A DNA stretch of 64,000 bases from assembly GCF_004010195.1 (NCBI RefSeq), contig NC_057720.1:6104841-6168840 (forward strand), written 5' to 3'. This document shows, one piece after another, positions 24,680 through 36,444 of the stretch (position 1 is its first letter; every line of letters begins with the position of its first letter). The stretch is from Chiloscyllium plagiosum (lineage: Eukaryota). The notes beneath the pieces were generated by a model. It saw only the letters and a list, made by a program, of their open reading frames with translations. It had not been told where the DNA came from and made no database searches. The position numbers were made by a program, and so were the translations under genes.

Positions 24680-25240
24680 CTGACGTATGAGGAGAGATTG
24701 ATTGGGTCAGGATTGTTTTCGCTGGAGTTCAGATGAATGAGTGGGGAATCTCAGAGAAACTTATAAAATCCTAACAGGACTAGACAGTGTAGATGCAGAG
24801 AGGATGTTCCTGATGGTGGGGGCATCCAGAACCAGGGGTCACAGTCTGAGGATTCAGGGTGGACCATTTAGGACGGAGATGGGGAGACATTTCTTCACCC
24901 ACAGAGTGGTGAGCCTGTGGGATTCATTACCACAGGAAGCAGTCAATGCCAAAACATTGAATGTACTCAAGAGGCAGCCAGATATAGCGCTTGGGCAAAT
25001 GGGATCAAAGGTTACAGGGAGAAAGCAGGATTAGGCTATTGAATTGGATGTCAGCCTAGATTAGATTGGTGCTGGAAAAGCACAACCAGTCAGGCAGCAT
25101 TCGAGGAGGGGGAGAATCGACATTTCAGGCAATAGCCCTTCTATTGAATTGAATGATGAGTCATGACCACGATGAATGGCAGAGCAAGGTCGAAGGGCTG
25201 AATGGCCTCCTCCTGCTCCTATCTTCTGTGTTTCTATATC
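24680..25240 (+). mobile_element. CR1 3' fragment carrying a PLE-terminus insert at 25051-25140
   Basis: ASRTRGHSLRI...FFTHRVVSLWDSLP; 3' UTR interrupted between 15-bp direct repeats. Confidence 0.88.
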
Positions 25241-25344
25241 TCTGTGTTTACCACCCAGGTCAAAAGGGCTCTTGCGGTACCATAGCGGTAGCGTCTGTAC
25301 CTTAGAATCAGGTTTAGACCTGAAGAGGTTCTTGAGAAAGTATC

Positions 25345-25645
25345 TATACCTACAGTGCAGTCCCGAGGGAAGGCTGCCCTGCTGGAGATGTCACTTTGTG
25401 GATGAGATATAATACTTCCACTTGATCATAAAAGGTCAACTGACGTTATTGGCAAGTGAGCGGAGGAGCTCTGCAGACATCCTGTCCGAAATTGCTTCTT
25501 CTTGGGTAACTGCAGCAGAAAGAATGGATGAGCTGGTCATTCACCTTGGTTTCCTGGTGCAGGGCTTTCCATTGTGTACATAGGCTGCTGTATTGCCTGC
25601 ATAACCACAGATAATTGGCTCTGAAGCACAATGGGACATCCAAGA
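25345..25645 (+). mobile_element. Old Deu-domain-type SINE remnant
   Basis: tacagtgcagtcccgagggaaggctgc...ggatgagat...ctggtcatt...ggctgctgtattgcctgcat...aattggctctgaagcacaatgggacatcc; colinear with the recalled DeuSINE layout. Confidence 0.55.
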
Positions 25646-25911
25646 AAACACAACAAAACCAGAAGTGAAAGTCACATCATTCCCATGTTTAACCTGGAAG
25701 TCACTGCTTCTCAGGGGAGGGGCTTCTCAGGTTGAGGAGGAGATCCTTCATGATGACCTCAGGCAGTACAGGAATTGAACCCACATTACTGCATATTGTG
25801 AACAAGCCAGCCTGCCAACTCAGTCACCCATGGCTAATGTACAATGTATCATAGAACCCGGGTCTCATGCGCTGTGAGGCAGCAGTGCTAACCACTGTGC
25901 CACATATTGGT

Positions 25912-26230
25912 GGGCGGCACGGTGGCACAGTGGTTAGCACTGCTGTCTCACAGCGTCTGAGACCCGGGTTCAATTCCCGCCTCAGGCGACTGACTGTGTG
26001 GAGTTTGCACGTTCTCCCCGTGTCTGCGTGGGTTTCCTCCGGGTGCTCCGGTTTCCTCCCACAGTCCAAAAGATGTGCAGGGTCAGGTGAATTGGCCATG
26101 CTAAATTGCCCGTAGTGTTAGGTAAGGGGTAAATGTAGGGGTATGGGTGGGTTGCGCTTCGGCGGGTCGGTGTGGACTTGTTGGGCCGAAGGGCCTGTTT
26201 CCACACTGTAATGTAATCTAAAAAAAAAAC
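25912..26230 (+). mobile_element. HE1-type SINE, young copy
   Basis: Complete head GGGCGGCACGGTGGCACAGTGGTTAGC, B-box, V-domain and tail; CpGs retained. Confidence 0.95.
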
Positions 26231-26237
26231 CCTTACC

Positions 26238-26602
26238 CTGTGGAAACAGGCCATTCACCCCATCAAGTCCACACCAACCCCCTGAAGAGCATCCCACCCA
26301 GACTCACTCCCCTACCCTATCCCTGCATTTCCCATGGCTAACCCACCTAGCCTACACACCCCTGAACACTATGGGCAATTGAGCATGGCCAATCTACCTA
26401 AGCTGCACACCTTTGGACTGTAGGAGGAAACCAGAGAATGTACGTAAGTAAGTGAGTAAGTGAGTCAGTCATTGAGTCATTGAGTCATTGAGTCAGTCAG
26501 TCAGTCAGTCAGTCATTGAGTCAGTCAGTCAGTCAGTCAGTCGAGTGGAAGCGAACCCAGGTCCCTAGCACTGTGGGAAAGCACTGAACCACCATGCTGC
26601 CC
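26238..26602 (-). mobile_element. Older HE1-related SINE with internal (AGTC)n/(AGTCATTG)n expansion
   Basis: Reverse-complement tail and V-domain part, microsatellite 26446-26542, degenerate head. Confidence 0.75.
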
Positions 26603-26693
26603 CAAATTAATTGAAAGTTCTGCTTTTTCCCCCTCAGGGTTATTACAAGGTAGTATTTGCTGTTCAACAAATGGCATCAATTCATTGGGCAGT

Positions 26694-27020
26694 TGTAATA
26701 ATTGGAACCAGGTGGACCTTGTTAACTACATGGTCCTTGATTGGGGTTGTGAACCTGGACCAGTCAGGAAAGCTCTGGCTGACCAATATTAACAGGAGAT
26801 TTAGAATTCCCCCAGCTGAGGGGACTGACTAGCCTCAATTAGCGTTCTGAGCATAAGTAAATAGTGACATGGTGATAGGATACTGACCTACCTTGATGTG
26901 AAGGGCAGTGTTTGTCACTGGCCACCCGGGTGTTTTCCTATCTTCCTGGTGGTGGAAATTGAATAAAGATTCATGCACTTTGTGAAAAAAAAAGATACTG
27001 ACCTATTTGCTGTTATTTCA
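26694..27020 (+). mobile_element. Solo LTR with perfect 5-bp TSD
   Basis: TGTAATATT...TTATTTCA flanked by GCAGT at 26689-26693 and 27021-27025. Confidence 0.75.
26891..26993 (+). mobile_element. 103-bp poly(A)-tailed retroposed insert
   Basis: AATAAA at 26962, A9 tail, exact 12-bp TSD GATACTGACCTA (26879-26890 and 26994-27005). Confidence 0.85.
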
Positions 27021-27984
27021 GCAGTATAACAAAGAAAGTGGTCTCTGCTGTAAAGGGCCATCTCAGACACTGCATGAGTAGTGCATTGTGATTGGTCTCA
27101 CTGCCCATTGGCCAATAGTCTTGTAACAGTCACTCCATAGACAAGGTATGAAGGAAACTATACCACAGCATGATAGAAGGAAAGAAAGAGAGCATAATGA
27201 AAAATAATTGTGAAAGAAATGATCAAATATTAGCAGCAGTACTATCCACCACAAAGATTCAAGTCCAAGCCCCATACATGAAACTCTCCTAGAGTTTTAT
27301 ACCAGTAGAAACAGCACTTTTAACAAAAAGACCTTATACAAATAATGGCATATAGTTGACATAACATTTACACTTCAATTCCTCCAAACTTATTACTCCA
27401 TAAGAAATTAGTGGATACATGCATCAGCACGATTTTATTATAAGCAGGGGGCATCTAACAATGTCTTATTAATTATACCTGTCCCGACATCTCTCAACTC
27501 AAAATCTCTTGTAGCCACAAAATTTCAGAAAATGTGAGCTGATGAAAGGGCAGCGAGTGACATAGGCCAGTTTGAGCCTGAAGAAATAGTTCAATCAACA
27601 AAATTGATGGATTTTGAAATTAAAATGGTGCAGTGGTGTGGAGGTAAATATATAACTCCAGAGTGTGTAAAAGCGATGTCAACTCAGGTAGACAACAAGA
27701 AACAAAAAGAAAATACATGAACTTATATTTAAATAGGTCTTTTGAAAAGGAAGTCCAACAATTTGTACCTGAAAAAAATGAGACTTCACATTTATAATTT
27801 TCAGTGCCAGATAAATTGATGGGCAGTAACTCACAACTCATGAAGTCATTAAAAGGATATTTCCATTTGAAATTGCAATAATTATCCCATTCTGTGAGGT
27901 TTAGTTCATAGAATCACCTTTTGACCCATCAAGTCTGCACTGAAAAAGAATTGCTCTAAATCTACACTAGTCCCACTTTTACAT

Positions 27985-28360
27985 AATCATAGAGTCATAG
28001 AGATGTACAGCAAGGAAATTTGTTCCTGCCAATCAGATATCCTAAATTAATCTAGTCCCATTTGCCAGCATTTGGCCCATATCCCTCTAGACCTACCCTA
28101 AACTTGAATGTTATGATTTTTCGAGTGCTCATCTAAGTATGTTTTAAAGGCTGTGAAGTTTCCCATCTCATCTACCCTCCCAGGCAGTACATTCCAGACT
28201 CCCACTACTCTCTGGGTGAAAAAGGTTTTTCCCTCAAATTCCCTCTGAACCTCCTGCCTTTCACTTTAAAATGATGCTCCCTTGTTATTGACTGTTCAAC
28301 GAAGGGGAACAGCTGCTTTCTACTTACCATGTCAATCCCACTAATAATCTCATGCACCTC
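27985..28360 (-). mobile_element. CR1 3' fragments (two subfamilies)
   Basis: catagagtcatagagatgtacagc tail; ccaggcagtacattccagactcccactactctctgggtgaaaa. Confidence 0.75.
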
Positions 28361-28949
28361 CTCTGCTTTAAAGGCAGAAACATCTTATATGCCATGTCAG
28401 AAGGTCACACGACACCAGGTTATAGTCCAACAGGTTTATTTGAAATCACAAGCTTTCAGAGTATTACTCCTTTGTCGGGTTAAGTCTATACAACAACGTC
28501 ACATCATTAATTCCCGCCAAATTTTAATTCTTTGGTTTTGGTGTTGCTGGCTGGACCAGCATTTATTGCTCATCCCTAATTGCTCAGAGGGCAACTAAGA
28601 GTCAGCCACATTGCTGTGGGCCTGGAGTCATGTGTAGGTAAGGATGGCAATTTCCTTCCCAGATGGGCCTTTCTCCAACAATTGCATGACCAATATTAGA
28701 CTCCTAATGCCAAATTTCTATTAAATTCAAATTCTGCCAAGCAAGACTTGAACTCGGGCACCTAGAACAATATTCATGTCTTTGGATGAATTGTCCAGCA
28801 ATAATACCACCAAGCCATCACCTCCCTGATTGAAATAGACAGAATAGCACAATTTAACAGCAATTCTTCGGCATTTACATTTCGTCCCTCATCTTCCTCT
28901 CTACTGAAGTGACTATACCAATTGCATTTGAATGATGACAAAACCATCA

Positions 28950-29830
28950 GCCATAGTCATACAGCACGGAAACAGGCCCTTCAGCCCAACTCATCCATGA
29001 CAACCAGGCTTCCTCAAATAAACTAGTCCCTTTGCATGCACTTGGCCCATATTCCTCTAAACCTTTTCTATTCATGTATCTGTCCAAATGTCTTTCAAAT
29101 GTTGTAAACTGTACCCTTCCTCTGGCAGTTCATTCCAATTATGCACCACCCTCTGTGTGCAAAAGGTGGTTGTTGGGTCCCTTTTAAATTTACCCCCTCC
29201 CCCCACCTTAAAACCTATGCTCTCTAATTTTGGACTCCCCTGCCCTGGGGAAAAGATCTTGGCTATATTTCTTATCTATGTCCCTTATGATTTTTCAAAC
29301 CTCTATAAGGTTACCCTGCCAACAATTCTTGACCCACAGATAACCCAACCCGATACTCATGGAATGGAGACAGCAGACTGAGCTACTCAATGTATGGGAC
29401 TGCCAAGACTGAAGAGAAACTGTTTTCATGCAATCTGCCACAGCAGATCCCTTCACAATGAATCCGATACAGAGTATCCCTGCAACTGAATGGAGAGTCA
29501 TGGAGATGTACAGCATTGAAACAGACCCTTTGGTCCAACTCGTCCATGCCGACCAGATATCCCAATCCAATCTTTGTCTATTTACCCTATCCATGCTCCT
29601 CATGATTTTATAAACCTCTATAAGGTCACCCCTCAGCCTTAACGCTCCAGGGAAAACAGCCCCAGCCTGTTCAGCCTCTCCCTATAGCTCAAATCCTCCA
29701 ACCCTGACAACATCCTTGTAAATCTTTTCTGAATCCCTTCAAATTTAACAACATCCTCCTAATAGGAAGGAGACCATAATTGCACGCAATATTCTAAAAG
29801 TGGCCTAACCAATGTCCTGTACGGTGAGCT
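28950..29830 (-). mobile_element. Two CR1 3' fragments (28950-29310, 29495-29830)
   Basis: CR1 tails and reverse-complement LYRTLVRPLLEYCVQ / RGDLIEVYKIM motifs. Confidence 0.82.
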
Positions 29831-30149
29831 TGAAAAAGGAGAATCAAATTAAAATAGCTCACAGATTGTACAACCCCGTTATATTGAGGTGGAAAATTAA
29901 ATTCTGTCAGAGAAAAGAAAAGGGTATATGTGTGGTATATCAGTCCGCGGAAATTAGTATTGATGCTATCAGTAGTCAAATTAGTGGCATGATTAATCTG
30001 CTAAAGTAGACAGAGGACTATCACTGAATGTATTAAGTGTTCGCACACAGATGTTTTTGGTGATAATTAAGAGATAATGGTCTGTCGGATCTGTCACCAC
30101 GCCTGTGATGTACAGGTGTAAGATAATCATCTGGGAACATGTTTTTAAA

Positions 30150-30680
30150 GAATTATTCACCTCATGGAACGTAGGTGTCACCTGTTGGTCTGGCATTTAT
30201 TGCCCATCTTTAGTTGCCCCTTGAGAAGGTGGTGGTGAGCTGCCTTGTTGAACCATTGCCATCCATGTGATGTAGATAAGCCCACAATACCCTTAAGGAG
30301 GGGATTTTGACCCAGTGACAGTGGAGGAATGGTGATATATTTCCAAGTCAGGGTGGTGAGTGGCTTGGAGGGGAATCTGCAGGGGGTGGTGTTCCCTTGT
30401 AACTGCTGCCCTTGTCCTTCTAGATGGAAATGGTCGTGCGTTTGGAAGGTGCTCTGAGGATCTTTGGTGAATATCTGTAGTGCATCTTGTAGATACTACA
30501 CACTGCTACTACTGAGTGTCAGTGGTAAAAGGAGTGGATATTTGTGGATGTGGAGCCAATTAAGTGGGCTGCTTTGTCCTGGATGGTGTTAAGCTTCTCG
30601 TGTTGTTGGAGTTGCACCAATCCAGGGAAGCGGGAAGTATTCCATCATTCTTGTGCATTGTTGATGGTGGAGCAAACCTC
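30150..30680 (-). mobile_element. Older CR1/L2-group LINE 3' end
   Basis: Colinear with 6549-6960, extending to the tail ggcatttattgcccatctttagttgcccc. Confidence 0.78.
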
Positions 30681-31629
30681 TCAGTTCAAGGACAGTTGGG
30701 GATGGGTAACAAATGCTGGCCTTGCCAGAGATACTCAAATCTCAGAAAAACACTAAAGCAGGAAGTAACATTTGGTCTGTAGTCTTTTCCATTCTATGAG
30801 CTGTTACCTCTGTCAAGCTTTAATTGAGGCAAAACATTGATGATTTCTAAAGTGTAGTAGCTCATAAAACTGACTGAGAGTCAACAATGGATATTATGTT
30901 ACCGTGAATACCGAAAGCCCATTAACTTAAAGGAATTGCAGTCAAGACTGAAGCTATAGCTGCATGTTGTGTGGTATAACAGAATGCTATAAAAATCTCA
31001 CTACAATCATTGTACAAATGAGACAGGATTGCCTTTGCAGCCACATATTTTGACTGCACAAATTAATGAATTGTACATTTCAATGCCGGGGCATTGTGTT
31101 GACTGTCCACTCCTTTAGGGTTACTTGATCCTGAGATATATTAACGTTTCAGTGTACAACACATGGTCAGACATAAAAAGCAGAAAATGTTTATAACAGC
31201 TTTCTTTTTTTGTGTGCATGTTACTTTGCATGAGAACATGATGAAAAATGGGATAGAAAAATAGCCAGTCAATTCAGTGACCTCTCAGTTAGCACAGGTA
31301 TGTAAAATACAATTGGAAGTGATGAAGCAGGATTGAAAGGCATACAGCAATGTGAAATATAAAACTGCATCAGAAATTGTTGCTTCGGATACCTGGTACT
31401 GAATGCACTACAGTGTTTTCAGAAGAGGGCATTTGGGCTTGGTTGATGAATTATACATTTTGAATTTTTCATGTAGAAGGAAGATATTTAAAGATTAGTA
31501 CTAGGTCTGGAAATCACTGCGACCAAGAACTAGTTAAATGCATTACTGAGCTCAGCATTCTCTGTTTTAAATTTAAACCTGCAGGTTCTTAGAATACACG
31601 AGTAGATAAACTGGATGTTTACTACACAC

Positions 31630-31812
31630 TGCAACAGAAATTGCTGGACAATCTCGGCAAGCCTGGCAATATCTGCTTAGAGAAATCAGAGTTAATGTTT
31701 CGGTTCCAGTGCCCAATCTTAAAGAGCCTCTCCACAGATGCTGCCAGACTTGTCGAGATTTTCCAGCAATTTCTATTTTTGTTTCAGATTTCCAGCATTC
31801 TTTCATTTTCGG
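31630..31812. repeat. Palindromic PLE-terminus pair (family B)
   Basis: aacagaaattgctgga...tctcggcaagcctggca / tgccagacttgtcgagattttccagcaatttctatt. Confidence 0.72.
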
Positions 31813-32073
31813 TATCCACTTTACATGTTCTCTTTACCATGGTACGTAATTATTCTTTTGAAGGTTAAATTGGTCTCTCTGAATACTGGAATTTAGCATT
31901 CACGAGCCTGACAAATTGCACGGCTTCCTGTTAATTAACTAGCAACTAATAAAGAATCAAAGTATCAGGAGAAATCTTTGTAAAGTTGCAAGAATACTCC
32001 ATGTATTAGATTGGGTGCAGTGGTGTTTAGCAATGGGTGCTGTTTAAGGGATGTGAGTTTGGTCCCTGAATCT

Positions 32074-32197
32074 AACAGGTAAAAACAATGACTGCAGATG
32101 CTGGAAACCAGAGTTTAGATTAGAGTGGTGCTGGAAAAGCACAGCAGTTCAGGCAGCATCCGAGGAGCAGGAAAATCGACGTTTGATGAAGGGCTTT
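32074..32197 (-). mobile_element. Short PLE-terminus insert (family A) with 11-bp TSD
   Basis: TCCCTGAATCT at 32063-32073 and 32198-32208. Confidence 0.85.
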
Positions 32198-32784
32198 TCC
32201 CTGAATCTCATAGCACATTCCGCCTTCAAATGATAAACCTTTCAAATACTACCTCCTATTGAAGTACTGTTGCAAAGCAACACACAGCAGAAGTACCTCC
32301 AACCTACTTACCTGGTCTTTCCAGAGAGAACATGCCACATTTGAGAATGAGCAGCGAAATCTCATACACTTAATGATTATGATGACAATGCTGGAGAAAA
32401 TGTGACAAGATAAATATTTACAAAATGAATTGCGATTGGAATTGATAGTGGAGTTAACACAGTAGTAACTCATCAAAAGGAATTGAGGAATAATTCCAGA
32501 AAAAAAAGATTTCAAGACTGTGTGGAAATAGCTGGGCTTTAGAGCTAATTGCTCTTCCAGAATGCTGTCTCTTCATAATGTCCTGAATGGCCTCCTTCTA
32601 CACTTTAACATTGTGTAATTTGAAGAATTAACTACTGCAACAATGCTACTGCCGAAGTGTAATGAATGCAACGCACCAAGGCTCCTTCAAACCCATGACC
32701 TCTCTCACCTAAAGGAGCAAGATACAGATACATGGGAGCACCATCCAGTCACCATCCTCACTTGGAATCAAATCGTTCCAGTAC

Positions 32785-33232
32785 AGTGAGGAAGGACATT
32801 TTGGCTATGGAGGTAATATAGCAAAAATTGACCAGACCAATTTCTGTGTGATGTATGAAGTGAGACTGGATCAGTTAGGACTATATTCATTGGAGTTTAG
32901 AGGATTCTCAAAGAACCGGGCAGGGAGTTGAGAACCAGGATTCACAAACTAAAGATGCAAGGTAAGCCATTTAGATGAGGAGAGATGTTTTCACCCAGAG
33001 AGTGGGGAGCTCATGGAATTCTCTGCCACAGAAAGTGGTTGTGGCCAAAACATTGAATGTTTTCAAGAAGGAGGTGGATATAGTTCTCAGGGCTAACGGG
33101 ATCAAAGAGTCTTGGGAGAAAGCAGGAACAGGGGACATTACTGGATGGTCAACCATGATCATACTGAATGATGGAGCAGGTGCGAAGGGCCGAATGGCCT
33201 TGTCTTGCTCCTACATTCTATGCTTCTACATT
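32785..33232 (+). mobile_element. CR1 3' fragment
   Basis: FTQRVGSSWNSLPQKVV motif and 3' UTR. Confidence 0.82.
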
Positions 33233-34419
33233 TCAACTACTTCTTTTATTGTGCAATATATTTAATTTCTATCTTTTTGTTCAGAATAAACTTTGACTTT
33301 TTTTGTTAAAGCTAACTTGTCGCAAATATGTTCATGGTAAACAAACAGTAAAATTAATACCTATAGTCTATCAAACTAGGCTGCATTTTGAGAGCTGTCA
33401 TGTTCAATATTACCATTATCTAGGATCATAACAAAAATATCCCATCACATTATTCTGAAGCGGAACAGAGAGATTCTCAGCCTAACACGAAATAGCTTAT
33501 CTAATGCCATCTGGGATTCCAAATATATTACATCCCTTTATTGATCCTGTTTGTCACCTTCTCAAAGAATTCTAATGAATTTGTCAGATGTGATTTCCCC
33601 TTTGTGACACCATGCTGACTCTGCTTGATCACAGTATGTATTTCTAAATGCTCTCTAATACATCCTTGATAATTGACTCTAACATTTTCCTAATGACATT
33701 TGTTGAGCTAATGATCTATAGTTGACTGCTTTCTGCCACCATTTTTTTGGAATAAGGATGTTACGTTGGTGATTTTTCAATCCGCTGGGGGTTTTCCGGA
33801 ATTTAGCCTTCTTACGAGGTTACTACCAGGACATCCATTGTCTTTGTAGTACTTCCTTTAATATCTTCGGATGCACCCAATCAAGTCCAAAGGATTCTTT
33901 AAAATTTAATTTATTGTTGTCACATGTGCCCAGGTACAGTGAAAACTTTGTTTTGTGTGCAGTGCTGGCAGATCATACCATACAAAGTGCATAAGGCTAA
34001 CAGAACAGAGCAGAGAAGGTGTTGCAAACATGAGGTCAACGTTAAATTTAAAATTTGAGAGGTTTATTCAGAAGTCGAATAACAGTGGGGAATCTTTGAA
34101 TCTTTTTGTATCTTCTCCTTTATAGAAGAGGTTGGAAGAGATTAGAACTGGCCTCATCAGTTTTTCTTGTACTCTTGCTGCAGAAATAGTTCTTGTATTT
34201 ATTTCCTCTCTCCCTTTTGTCCCTTAATTATGCAGCAATTTAATGACTTTAGAATACACTTTCTGTTTTCCATCATGAAGACTGATGCACCATTTTTACT
34301 GTGGTCTGCAGACCTGGCAAATATTTGTTTCCTTCCAACACAAAAGACTTCAGATTGATAGGAAGGAAAGAAAGGTCAAAGAAATTGTTCATTGAGGAGC
34401 TGGCAATGATGGTAAGCAA

Positions 34420-34835
34420 GGGACAGGCTGGGACTTTTTTCCACTGGAGCATAGGAGGTTGAGAGGGGTTACCTTATGGAAGTTTATAAAATAATAAGGG
34501 GTATAGATAAAGTGAATGGCAGGCAGCTTTTCCCTAGCGTGGGGGGATTTCAAGACTAGGGGGCTTATTTTAAGGTGAGAGGAGAAGGATTTTAAAAAGA
34601 CATGAGGAGCAACTTTTTTCCACTGAGTGTGTTTCATGCTTGGAATGAACTTCCAAAAGAAGTGGTGGACACGGGTATCGTTACAACACGTCTAGGTAAG
34701 TACATGAATAAGAAATGTTTGGCAGGATACGGGCCAGGAACAGGCAGGTTGGACGAGTTTAGTTTGGGATTATGGTCAGCATGGGCTGGTTAGAGCGAAC
34801 GGTCTGTTTCCGTGCTACGTGACCCTATGAATCTG
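34420..34835 (+). mobile_element. CR1 3' fragment
   Basis: aggaggttgagaggggttaccttatggaagtttataaaat...AWNELPKEVV. Confidence 0.82.
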
Positions 34836-35554
34836 TAAGTGAAGGGAGTCATCACAGGACAGCAGAGGATAAAGTAGGATAAGAAGAATGTAGAAAAGAA
34901 GAGATAGATTGAATTGAAGATTCTTGAAGTCAAGTACATAAGTTAAGTACAGATAGGAAATGGATCTTGCTCAGATCCTGACAAGGTGAGAACTGGAGCA
35001 GAGATGTAGTGACCAACAGAATTGAAAGCAGTGCATCATCTCATTGGATTTGTGAACTATCCCAGTAGAGGTCTTGCCTAGTTCATCAGTAGAGTGTCAA
35101 GCTCAGTGCTAAGGGGGGTCAGCAGTGTTGGGGCACAGTGCAAGAAGCAGCTTTCACTTAAATCAAAAGAAAACCTGGCAACAATACAAGCATTTTTCTC
35201 TGATCATGCATGCACCGAGGGAACGACACTCCCCAGGGGAGAGACAGATACCAGACAAACGACCAACAGCAATTTGCAGCACATCATATTTTTAAACATC
35301 CTGAGTGCCTCAGGGATAATGAATGAGACTGATGAAAGTGTTACTGCTTAGAATTATCACTGTTTTTCTTATGGATGATCAGTTTAATTTGTTGCCTATC
35401 TATATTGGGTAATATGGGTAAATTGTAGCTACAAATGATAGTGTATGAATTTTTAATTTTATTTTAAAACATGAAAAGGACTTTGAAGAAATAAAATTTA
35501 ACATGAAACACTAGCTGGCTTACTATAGCTCTGCTCGCATACCTTCTTGCAAGA

Positions 35555-36202
35555 ATACTTACAGGTTGAGTCGTTAGTTAGGAAAGCAAATGCAATGATG
35601 GCATTTACTTTGAGAGGACTTGAATATAAAAGCAGGGATGGTTTTCTGAGGCTCTATAAGGCTCTGGTCAGACCACATTTGGAGTATTGTGCGCAGTTTT
35701 GGACCCCTTATCTCAGGAAGGATGTACTGACCCTGGAGTGTGTTCAGTGAAGGTTAATGAGAATGGTCCCAGGAGTGAAAAGCTTAACATATGAGGAATG
35801 TTTGAGGACGCTGGGTTTATACTCGATGGAGTTTAGAAGGAATGGGGGTGGGGGGAGGGGAGTACTTACTGAAACATAGAAAATATCGAATGGCCTGGAG
35901 GCAGTAGATGTTGGGAAGAGAGACTAGGACCAAAGGGCACAGCTTTAGAGTAGAACAGAGATAGAGAGAAACCTTTTCAGCCAGACAGTGGTGAATCTCA
36001 TTGCCACAGCCGACTATGGAGGCCAGGTCATTGTGTATCGTTAAGGTGGAGATAGATAGATAGGTTCTTGAGAGTCAAGGAGATCAAGGGTTATGAGGAG
36101 AAAGTGGGAGAATGGGGTTGAGAAATTTATCAGCCATGATGAAAGGTGGAGCAGACTTGATGGGCTGAATGGCCTAATTTCTGCTCCTCTGTTTTATGGT
36201 CT
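35555..36202 (+). mobile_element. CR1 3' fragment
   Basis: KANAMMAF...LYKALVRPHLEYCAQFWTPYLRKD; same subfamily as 3058-3606. Confidence 0.88.
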
Positions 36203-36298
36203 AATACCAAATCTCAAAGGGAGCAACAATTTATGCTGCATAAGAGAATAGCTGATTGGTCGACAATTGGTCTCTGATTCTTTCCATTCTTAATCATG

Positions 36299-36444
36299 CA
36301 ACACCAGGTTATAGTCCAACAGGTTTATTTGGAAGCAATAGCTTTCGCAGCGCTGCTCCTTCATAACATAACCACCTGATGAAAGAGCAGCACTCTGAAA
36401 GCTAGTGCTTCCAAATAAACATGTTGGACTATAACCTGGTGTTG
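36299..36444. repeat. 66-bp-arm palindrome of hammerhead-bearing units (family C)
   Basis: Arms 36299-36364 and 36379-36444, 6 mismatches by eye, 14-nt spacer. Confidence 0.92.

Noticed and set aside
26446..26542. CRISPR-like or coded repeat array
   Set aside because: Simple (AGTC)n/(AGTCATTG)n microsatellite without unique spacers, in eukaryotic DNA.
33895..34145. Possible Rex1-type LINE 3' end (minus strand)
   Set aside because: Resemblance from memory only, with no translatable motif, so not listed as a feature.
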